Assembly (NCBI GenBank): GCA_043719825.1
Contig: JAYSTK010000019.1
Span: 1 to 45,022, forward strand
Direction of reading: 5' to 3'
Origin: Candidatus Kaiserbacteria bacterium
GTDB taxonomy: Bacteria > Patescibacteriota > Minisyncoccia > Phycocordibacterales > UBA918
DNA length: 45,022 nt
The notes under the pieces were generated by a model that was given only the letters and a program-made list of their open reading frames with translations, had not been told where the DNA came from and did not search any database. This document shows, piece after piece, positions 15,301 to 27,300 of this stretch (positions within the stretch are counted from its first letter, which is position 1; every line of letters starts with the position of its first letter). The position numbers were made by a program, and so were the translations under genes.

Positions 15301-18300
15301 CTACCCGCATATCGACAACTGCGTGTCATCCAAAATAATAGTGCCGGAAGTCCAGCGACAGTTCCGGCGGGAGCAATTCTTATTTTTGATGGATCACTAC
15401 CTTCTGGCTGGGTCCAGTATACGGACCTCGATAGTCGCTATCCACGCGGTGAAAACGCTATTACGAGTGCGGGTTCAAACACTCATATTCACACTGCTAC
15501 AGCTACCCTAAGCGCAGCTTCGGGTTCCACATATGATTCCCGAACTGGAGGTACTCAGGTCACTGCTGCTGGTATTAATCATACCCATACATTGAGTACA
15601 TCTACCCCTCCGGTCAATCATGAACCTGCATATATGCAAGTAATCTTTGCTACATCGTCAATCGCTACGGCAACACCACTCACAGCAATCGCTCTTTGGA
15701 GCGACACACCTCCCGCTGGATGGCTCAATCGATCTGCACAGCCGACAGACCCATTCTATAATCGCTATATAAAGGGAGGGTCTACATATGGCACTACAGG
15801 TGGAGGAGACTCTCATACACAAGGGAACTTCACTGCATCTTCGAGTGCAGCAGTCGGAACAGACAACGCGAGAACTGGTACAGCAGGTTCTTCAAATACT
15901 CATACGCATGCTATCGATCTTTCCAATTTTTCAACTGCTTCAAATACACCACCTTCCGTAACTGTAATTTATGCAAAATACTATGGACTCGTACCAATTT
16001 ATACTCAATCGGCATTTAGATGGTATGTAAACGCAAATTCCGTATCACCAACTGATGCGTGGCCGACGAGTACGGTAGACGTTCTTGAAAACGAAGCAAT
16101 CGATACATCGTTCACTCCTCTTAAAAATGGTGATGTTCTCCGTCTTCGCCTTCAACTAAATGTTTCAAACTCAACGACAACTGGAGAAGATTTCAAATTG
16201 CAATTTGGCACAACGACTGCACTCTGTACCGCAGTGAGCGCATGGACGGATGTAGGTTCAGCAACGTCTTCAGCAGCATGGATAGGGCACAACAATAGTA
16301 GCCCGAGTGATGGTGCAACGCTTTCAACATCGACTCTTACGGGGACTGATGTTCTCGAAACGTACGAAGAACAAAATCCAACAATAGTTCTTCCCAACGC
16401 AATAGGAATAGGACAAGAGGGGGAATGGGACTTTGTTTTGAAACAAAATGCTGCAAGTCCAAACACAAATTATTGTTTTAGAATGGTAGAAGCTGATGGC
16501 ACTGAATTATTCGCGTATACTCAGTACCCGTTACTTATTACGAATGCACAGCCAAATGCCCCATCGCTCCACGTACTTTTTGATAACGAAAAAGTGAGTA
16601 CGACGACACCTCAATTTGAATTCGCAGGAACTGATGCTGAAGCTGATGATCTTACCTATCAAATTCAAATTGATAGTGATTACACCTTTGGGTCAGTAGA
16701 TGTAGATCGAAATAGTGCATCAAATCCAACACAATTCGCTAATATAATTTCACCAGCTGATAAAAATCCATATACTAACGGAGAAACGATACGGTTCTCA
16801 CTCACTTCAGCTCTTACAAATAACACCACGTACTATTGGCGTGTAAGAACGCAAGACCCAACTGGTTCAAATAATTGGGGATCATGGTCAACGATTTTTA
16901 GTTTTACAATTGATTCATCACTTACGAATAGTGCGTGGTTCCAAACGACAGAGGAACAGTTTGATACGGACACACTTGTTGGAACAGATGCACTCGCAAC
17001 TGATTTGGTACAACTGAGCGTAGGATCAACGACAGGAACGACCACTTCTTCACAAATTGATTTTTTAGACGGCACTGTCGGAAATGCATGGGGGTCACTT
17101 TCTTTTAATGATGATGAGACTGTCGGTGACATCAAGTATCGAATTCAATACTATAGCGATGCCACTGCGAGCTGGGCAAACATTCCTGACATTGATCTTT
17201 CAGGTAATAGTGCGGGATTTGATACTTCTCCAGTTAGTTTGCTCTCTTTAAATACAGATATATATCGACTGATTCGAATTGTTGCCGTCTTTACAAATAG
17301 TGGAGGGAGCCCTCTCTTGTATGATTGGACAATTACGTGGGGGTACCGTATCGAGACACCAACATTAAATTCACCCTTCCCGAATGAAAAAGTAAGTACC
17401 ACAACACCGACATTTGAGTTTGAGACAACTGATCCACAAAGTGATGATCTTGAATATGAAATCCAATGGTCGACCACGTATGCATTTACTGCATCAACAA
17501 CACGGAACTCATCAACAAGTCTTGGCTTTATAAATAGCGAGAATGGTGGAGATACATCACCGTTCACTTCTGGTCAAACGATTCAGTTCACCGTGCAGCC
17601 AGCCGATATACTTACCAATGGCACCACATACTGGTGGCGGGTACGCGCTCGAGATCCCTTAGGTAGTAATCAGTTTTCTCTCTATACAGATCCTCTAAGT
17701 TTTACTGTAGATACTTCAACTTCAGTTTCAACATGGTTCCAAACTACACAATCCCAATTTGAAACAGATGTGCTATCAGGAACAATAGCGCTTGTAACAG
17801 GCTCCGTTACCGTTGCAACGACATCAGACGAAAGTCTTATGGTGTATGCAGAAGGAATTGTTACAACTCCTCGTTACCGTGAATGGGATGGCACTACATG
17901 GAGTAGTGAAGCAAGTGCACTCGGTGTAGGTGCACCCATCAATTGGATAGTCACGAAGGCTTCCCCAATAAAAAATGAATTCATAACAGGAACACTTGGG
18001 ACAGATGCTGATGTTAATATTCAAGTATTTAAAAATGGGTCTTGGGGAAATATTCAAGAAATTACCACCTCAATCCCAAATACCAATATGCGAGGATTTG
18101 ACATTGCATATGAGCAAACTTCAGGTGATGCGCTCGTTGTTGCGTGCGATGGCGACGCTGACCCTTCTTACTATGTGTGGAACGGAAGTGCGTGGGTAAG
18201 TGGTGGCACCATCGATCTAACAGCCGGGAATAGTTGTGGTTGGATAAAGCTTGTGTCGAATCCTACGTCTGATGAAATCATAGTAATCACCCGAGATACT

Positions 18301-21300
18301 TCTGGTACCGCCTATGAAACTCTTGTATGGAGTGGCTCTGCATGGGGAACAAATCGAAAAATATTTGGTTCTATGCAATCTACTCAAGCAAATCATGAAG
18401 GAATTGCAGCAGAATATGAAGAGAGTGGTAATCAGGCAGTTATAGGGGTATCAAACGGTACTGCGTCGAGTTTTATCTGGACCGCATGGGCAAGTGCGAC
18501 GTGGACAGTCCCCGCAGCAGTAGCGCTCGGTGACGATTTTGAATCGGGAACAATTGTAGCTGATGACGGTAGTGATAATTTGGCTCTTTGTTACATTGAT
18601 CACGACAATGATATTGGTGCGGTGCGCTGGACCGGTGCCGCATGGGCGGGTCAAACCGAACTCGAAATCGCATGGGCGGGTACAGACACCGTTTTCAACG
18701 ATCGTCCCGTTGATTGTTCTTTTGAGGTAGGGGGAGCACGTGATGGGTACATTATGGTTGCGTACAGCGACACCACCAATGTTCGACATCGTGCTTGGAA
18801 TGGAACAGCATGGGATGTTGGAGAAACAAACGTTTCAACAATACAAGACGCTCCGCGTGTTCAACTTCGTCGAACGGGAGCAAATCTTATACAGCTTGTT
18901 GCATTCGATGATACAAATGATCGATATGATTATTCGTATTGGAATGGAACGATATGGAATGCATTCCAAACTCTTGAAACAGATGCTTCAGTAGGTGCAA
19001 CTCCTTTTAAGGAGCCGTTCATGAATGCGGTACGAAATCCTGGAATTATAGGTTCTGCAGTTGTTTCTCCCGGAATTGATTTTTATGATGGAAGCGGACC
19101 GTACTGGGCACAGCTTTCGTGGACTGACTCAGAAGCAGGGGGATCAACTGTTTTATACCAAGTTGAATATTACGATGGTGACTCATGGGAGCTTGTTCCA
19201 AATGGTCTCATCCCTGGAAATTCAACAGGAACAACAACAAGTCCCATCAATCTTTCAAATGTTCTTCCTGTTTCAACGTACAACGAGATTCGCCCCGTAG
19301 CTAATCTCACCTGTAATCTCGGTACGTGCCCGTCACTTTCTGATTGGACAGTTACGTGGGCTGCAGGTATATCAATAAGTGGAACAGCACAGGCATATGA
19401 TCAATCGACGAATGTCATCTCGGGTACTGTTGGTGTCTCTCTGAACGGCGTCCTTCAAGTAGGGAAAACAGGCACAATTTCAGGCGGTGTCTGGTCAATT
19501 GCAAATGTAAACGCAGCGCCAGGTGATATTGTTTCAGTCTTTGTAAATGGGGCAAATGATATTAATGAAGCAGTCTCTGTGACACGTTACGATGGTATTG
19601 GTGACATTACCGGAATGCGACTCTACGAACGCCATCTTGCACTCGGATCCAATGATGCAACTTCTACCCCATTTACGAATGCAGAGATTGGACTATATGA
19701 TTTTACAAATGATGAGGACATTTTCTTTGATCTTTCAGGTACTGTACTCACCCTCTGTGCCGACGTTGGATGTGGAGATGTTGAGTTGTATACGGCGAGC
19801 ACTACTATCTACCGTCCTCAAGGTACTGTCGTAACTCATGACATTGAAATCAATGGAACCTTTAGACCTGAAGGAAATACGATCTACTTGAGTGGCTCGT
19901 GGGACAATAATGGCACCACAACATCAGCGACATCGACCGTTGTATTTACTGCTACATCCACAAATGAAACTATTGATGAAACGTCAGCTATTTCTCCATC
20001 ATTTTACAATCTTACGTTCGGTACGACGACCGGTAATGCTACGTGGACACCGATAACAGCGCTTGATGTTAATGGAGCATTGAGTATTACAAGAGGGACA
20101 TTCTCGCGTGCGAGCGTGAATCTCAATATAGCGGGCAATACATTTGTGGGTGTAAATGGATTTATAACGGGTGTTGGTACGACTACGTTTGATGGAACAG
20201 GCACTGCAATATATACGGACAGCAATGCAGTCACTCAAAATATTGGGCGCATAGTCGTCGATGGAACATCAAAAACACTTCAACTCGGTAGCGCCGCTCT
20301 CATGCAGTCAATCAACATTGGAAGCGATGATATTTTAGATGTATCAACATCAAATTATAGCCTTACCGTTCTGACCAATTTTATAAATAGCAACACGTAT
20401 GTCGCTCGAAGTGGTACGACAACGTTTGCGGGTACGACAACTAATCTCACTATAACTGCAGGGGGAGATGCATTCTACAACCTCGCATTCACGGGTGCGG
20501 GTGGCTCGTGGTCTTTCACTGAGGGAGATTTAAGTATCGGAAATGACTTTGTCATGAGTACCGGTACTATCACTATGCCCACAGGGACAACGACTGTCAC
20601 GGGAACCTTTGCAAACAACGGTGGAACATTTGCGCACAATAACGCTACTGTTGTTTTCGATTCTGCATTGTCTGAGACGGTGACACTTCTTGGTACTGCT
20701 TTTACGAACGCTTTCTATAATGTGCGGTTTTCGGGAAGTGGGAGTTGGGTATTTACTGAAAGTAACGCAACAACATCAAATGATTTCCGTATTACGCAAG
20801 GTACCGTTGTACTTCCTTCGAGTACACTCGCGATTGGAGGTCACTTTGCGAATAGTGCAGGTACATTTGCCCACAATAATGCCACTGTTCGATTTACGAG
20901 CAGTAGTGCAAAAACTATCGACACCAATTCATCGTTCAACCACCTTACCTTTGTCGGAAGTGGAAGTTGGTCATTTATTGATACAAACGTTACTGCACTC
21001 GAGGATGTTTCAATTAGTAACGGTACAGTCACGTTCCCCTCAAATACGTTTACAATAGGTGGCTCGCTCATAAATAGCTCCACGCTTACTCACAATAGTG
21101 GCACGGTACTATTCAATTCAATTGATAGTGGTGAAACGATTGCACTGGGCAATTCTCCATTACACAATCTCTTAATTAATAGTGGGACAGGTGGGTGGAC
21201 AGTGAGCACTCATGCAACAACAACGGGAAGTACAACACTCACGTCTGTAGGTTCATTCACCGTTACTTCTGGTCAAACACTTTCCGTGGGTGGCGTCTTT

Positions 21301-24300
21301 ACGAATAGCGTAGGAGGAGCTTCAACTACATGGACGGGCTCAACGCTTTCGCTTGAGTCTGGTGCGTATTCCATAAATTTAAAAACATCCGGTGCAGATG
21401 CGTACAATATTTTGAGAGTTAAGGCGAATACCGATATTAAAATGTGGAACTCAAGTGCGTCTTCGTATACCATAGACAGTACTGGCTCGCTTTATTCACA
21501 AGACCATTCTGCAGTTGATGGTGACCTGTATATATTTGGCGGATACGAACGCACATCAGGAACCGAGTACTGGAGCTACGCTACAGACTTTGATGGAACA
21601 AGCCTCGGAACCTCAAGCAGACAAGTTGATGTGCGCTTTGCTTCAGGAGCAAATGCGACATTTACGGGAAGTGTATTCACGGTGATGGGAACAACGACGG
21701 GTACTACTACAATTCGAAATCAGGGAAGTGGTACGTACACACTTTCAGTTTCAGGAGGTACCTCAACAGCATCCTATTATGATTTTGGTGACCTTGGACT
21801 CACCGGAGTAAGTCTTCAAGATGCGACAAAAGTAACATCCTTCGGCAATGGACGATTTGCTCCAGGTATAAATACCGGGACAGGCCTCACTGTTTCATCA
21901 TCAACGATTGATGTTAATGCTGGCCTCCAAATATTTGGAGTGGAGTTTAGTACAACGACTGCAATTACGGCGACGAATGTCACGCAAACTGGAGGAGTGC
22001 CTCTATCGTATTGGTGGTTCAGAAATAGTGCTGGAAATATTGACGGAGAAGCATTCGATAGTGATACGGGAGATCCGGGATCTGTACGATGGGATGATAG
22101 TTCACTTTCAATTACAGTTTCAGGTATTGTCTATGATGACGATGAAACAACACCTCTTGGCGCTCCAACGTGCGGTGTAGGAGGGACTCCTGTGCGTATT
22201 GTCGTTGAAAATGGAGGAACATACGATGGTGCGTGTGATGGAAGTGGAGTGTTTACTATCCCTGGCGTTGTAATTGTCGGAGACCCAACACTTACTGTTT
22301 TCCTCAACGGGGCAGGAGGAGGTAAAAAAGCGGTTACAGTCACAAAAACTCCTACAGAAAATATTACCGATCTCAATCTTATTGTAGGGCGTGTCATTAC
22401 GCGTCATGAAGACACGAGTGCTCTTACCATTGAAGACATGGCAACGTATGACAGCACGGATGATGGCGATATACCCTTTACTGCAGCTACAGGGACGTCA
22501 CCACTTCTTACCGTACATGCCGACAATGAGCTTCATATTGCATCAACAACTACGTTTGCTCCTGCGGGCACAGTTACAGTTATCGGGGGCGGTACAGGAA
22601 ATACCTTTGATGGCTCACTACATATCGGAGCTAATGCAACGTTTACGGGTGCCGGAACGACAACCTATTCGATAGGTGGGTCACTTCTCCAAAATAATGG
22701 TGGCGTATTTTCTCCTGCTTCAAGCACAATACTCATGACCGCTACCACAACAGGTAAAGGCGTCTCTTCGGTGGCGGGAGAGACTATATATGTAAACGAA
22801 CTCCAGTTCTCTGGAGTAGGTGGTGGCTGGAACCAAACGGGAACACTTTCGAGTACAGGAAACATTTACCTCGCAACGGGAACACTCACGGGTACAGGAA
22901 ACATTACGCTTACGAACGGTTCATTCTATGGAAATGGTTTGCTCTCACTTGGAAGTGGCACGACGACACTTTCAGTCACCAATACCCTCGGTGGTACACA
23001 AGCATGGACATTTGGAAATCTTGTTCTCGGTACAGGGAGCACAACAGGAACAACGACACCTGCGACTAATGCAACAACGACTGTCCTCGGCAAACTCACA
23101 ATTGGGACGGGTCATTTTTTTGGAATTCAAGGCGGCGTCTTAGATCTTCAAGGCTCAGGACTCGTGTTTGTGGAAAATGGAAATTTTGTTGAGGGGACGA
23201 GTACGGTACGGTACAGCGGGACACAAGGTTCTCAAGTGCTTTCGACGAATTACTATAACCTCGTCGTCCAGGCACTTGGTGGTTCTCCAACATACACAGG
23301 TACAGGAATCGGTATTTCTGTATTAAATAATCTCACTGTTGGCGGTACGAACACGACGACTTTAACACTCAACACAAATGATCCAGCACTTGATGTAAAT
23401 GGAAATGTTTCAGTTTTAACAAACGGAACATTGGTAGGAAGTAACAGCGCAATATTCAATGTGGCTGGAAGTTGGGATAATGATGGTACCTATACGGGAA
23501 GCGGCGGTACGGTAACATTTGATGGAAGTGGTATTCACGCAATTGCTCCAGGAAGTTCGGCGTTTAGTAACGCAGTGGTAAATGCAACGGGCAACTATAC
23601 CCTTACTGAATCTGCGACGGCTACAGCAGCTTTCACCATTACCACAGCGAATGATTTTATTGTTTCAAACAATGTATCTCTTGCAATAGGTGGCACATTC
23701 ACGAATTCGCTCGGTGGCGCAGATACGGTATGGAATAGTTCCACGCTTTACTTATATGGAGGAGGTGACTACCAAATTAATGCTTCGACAACGAGTGATA
23801 CTTATAGCAAACTTTCACTCGGTACCAGCACTCAAATTCGCATGTGGAATTCTTCTGCGTCTTCTACTGATCTTGCAAGTACTGCCTCACTCTATTCACA
23901 AGATCATGGAAATAGTAATGGTGATCTTTATGTGTACGGAAGTTATATTAAAATAAGTGGTACCGATTACTGGAGCTACGCAACTGATTTTGACGGGACG
24001 ATTCTTAATGGGACTGAAAGGCAGGTAGATGTTCGCATTGCATCAAACGGAAGTATGCTTTACACCGGAGGTGGGTTGGCGGTTGTTGGTGTAAATACTG
24101 GGTCTACCACAATCCAAAATCAAGGAAGTGGAACATACAGTTTCCGTATTGGAGGCACCGCCTCAACAACATGGTCTTATTACGACCTCGCTCACACAAA
24201 TGCAAGTGGCTTAACATTCTCAGGAACACCGAGTGTGACAAATCTTTCATACGGTAACTTCACACTTGGTATTGCGAGTGGTACCGCGCTTACCGTAGGT

Positions 24301-27300
24301 GGAAGTGTTATTGACCAGAATCCGGCAAAAACATTTACGAATAATAATTTTAGTACATCGACAGGAGTATCTGGCTTCAACGTAACCGCCACAAGTACAA
24401 CAGTGAGTTCGTGGCGATTTACAAACCATAGTGGCTCGATAGACGGAGAATCATATGATTTTGATCCTGATGGTGATCCTGGATATATCGTATGGGACGA
24501 TAGCAGTGCGTCACTTTCATTCTCTGGTCGTGTGTATAGTGATGAAGGTACTACAGCGAGTGGTGTGGGAATATGTAACGGTGTAATGCAGTCAGTCACC
24601 CTCCGCGTCGCTGGATTGACAACGTATACAACTGACTGTGATCTCGGTACTGGTGCATACTCAATTTCGGGTATTACCTACAGCCCGGGGGATTCATTTG
24701 TGGTATACCTCACTCCTCCCGGAGCTGAACGAGGTTCGACGGTTTCGGAAGACCCTGTCACAAGTATTGGCAATCTCGATATCTATGAGAACCGAGTCAT
24801 TGTTCGACACGAAAGTTCTGACCCTCTTTCGATTGCAGATATGTCACTCTGGGATTCAAGTGATGATGCAAATATTCCCTTCACGGCTATTGATGCCTCG
24901 CCCGATACACTTACGCTTCCCGCAAACAGAAAACTGCTTGTATGGACCGGAAAGGAATTTGAGCCAAATGGAAACGTAACCGTCTCGGGAGGTGGGGCAG
25001 GCACTGCATATGACGGTACCCTTGAGCTTTTTGCAAATGCTATCTTCGACGCAACAGGGAGTGAAGTACATACGATTGGTGGCAACCTCATTATGGGTAC
25101 CGGCGCAACATTCGATGACGAAACCTCTGCTTTCACGTTCACGACGACTGGAGCTTCGCGCACGATTGATACAAACGACCAGAGTTTCTACAATCTCACA
25201 ATAAACGGAAGTGGTAGCTTTACGACTCCGAATGCTGTCTTCGATATTGGAAACGATTTCACCCTTACGCAAGGCACTGTAACGCTACCAACAGGCACTA
25301 CGACTGTAGCAGGGTCATTCCTTAATACAGGGGGTACGTTCATTCAAAATGGAGGTCACATGAGATTTACGGGTTCATCTGCAAAATCTATCCGCGCGGG
25401 CAGCTCATCATTCGGGACAACAACATTTGCGGGGACAGGAACCTATACGTACCTTAGTACGAATGCAACGACGACAGGTGACTTTACAATTCTCAGTGGA
25501 ACGGTAAGCGCACCTACGGGGACTCTTTCAATTGGCGGTGATTTTACGAACATGGGAATTTACACCCACAATAGTGGAATTATTAAAATGACGTCAGCCT
25601 TAGCCTCAACAACAATTGCTGCAAGTTCCTCTGATCTAGGTTCCCTTACGATTGCTGGCGCCGGGACGTTCTCAATGACGAATACAAATAGCACACTTGC
25701 GGGAACACTCTCAATTCAACAAGGAGCACTTACGCTTGCATCCGGGACTCTTTCAGTAGGTGGTTCATTCCTCAATACGGGGGGATCCTTTGCACATGCA
25801 AGTGGTACCATTCTCTTTAATTCTGCGGATACCGGCGAGAGTATTAATGGTGGAACTTCTGAGTTTAATATTATTTCTATAGCAGCGCCGAGTGGTGGAT
25901 ATACCATTACAGGGAACGCAACGACAACGGGCAATTTTTCATTAACAAGTGCTACACAATTCACACTACAAAATGGTTTGATATTAAATGTTGGAAGAGT
26001 ATTTACTAATCTGGTTGGAGGAGCAGCGACTACATGGACAGGATCCACTATTAAATTAGGATCAGGATCCTCGTATACGGTAAATTCTAAAACTACGGGT
26101 AGTGACGTATACAATGTCATTGCACTAAGGGGAAATACCGATATTCGACTTTGGAATAGTAGCGCGACAACAACACTTCTCGACTCACTGAGCTCACTAT
26201 ATTCTCAAGACAATGCTGCGATTGATGGTGAGTTATACATATATGGAGATTATTCACGCACCACAGGAGCTGACTATTGGAGTTATGCCACTGACTTTGA
26301 CGGTACGAGTATTTCAACTTCAAGTCGAGCAGTTACCGTACGACACGCGAGCGGAGCAACAAGTACATTTTCAGGAGGAACATTGAGCATAATTGGTGCA
26401 GCGAATGCAACCACAACAATTACGAATCAAGGGAGTGGGACATATGCAATGGGAGTCTCCGGCGGAACACTTAGTGCGCTCAATTACGCATTCCGAAATT
26501 CCAATGCCACAGGCCTCTCGCTTTCGGGTACCACAACAGTAACATCCATTGCAAATGGCGATTTCGAACTTGCACTGAACGGTGGTTCACTTCTTACGGT
26601 AAGTTCTACTACAATAAATTACAACGCGTCGATGGTCGTTTCAGGAATGCGCTTCGCTACAACATCGGTCATTTCTGGCACAAATATTAGCGTTGTAGGC
26701 ACAACACCTTCGTCATGGACATTTACGACTCATCGAGGGAATCTTGCTGGAGAATCCTACGACAACGACGGAATAGATGCGTGTGGTTCAATACGCTGGA
26801 GTGATAGTGCATGTTTATTGACTCAACAATCTGCATACCGTTGGCGCCAAAACAATGGTGGCGAAGGTGTGCCTGACAGTGAATGGTTTGATACAAGCTG
26901 GTCAAAACGAAAACGAATAACGGTTACGAATAGTGATGCAATAGGGTACACCAATGCCGTTGTTGAAGTTACCATTCCCTATGATAGTGACATGCAAACA
27001 GACTTTGATGACCTGCGTGTGACAAATGGTGGCGGCACTACCACACTTAATTTTGCTCGTGAGATTTATACGGCAAGTACCGAAGCGACAATTTGGGTAA
27101 AGATTCCAATACTCGCCACTTCAACGGAGACAGATGTATATGTGTATTACGGAAATGGAGGAGCGACGTATGGAGGAGTGGGCACCTCGACATTCAGTGT
27201 GTATGATGACTTTGAAGATGATAATATCACTGAATACAGCGGAGACACCACTCTGTTCAATGTTGGTACGGCGTATGCATATCAAGGAACATATGGTCTT

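Noticed and set aside
19800-26700. CRISPR array or DNA tandem repeat, suggested by the strong periodicity.
   Set aside because: The periodicity is at the protein level (~55-aa solenoid turns, 2.3-2.7 kb super-repeats) with diverged nucleotides. There are no short identical direct repeats with unique spacers anywhere in the window.
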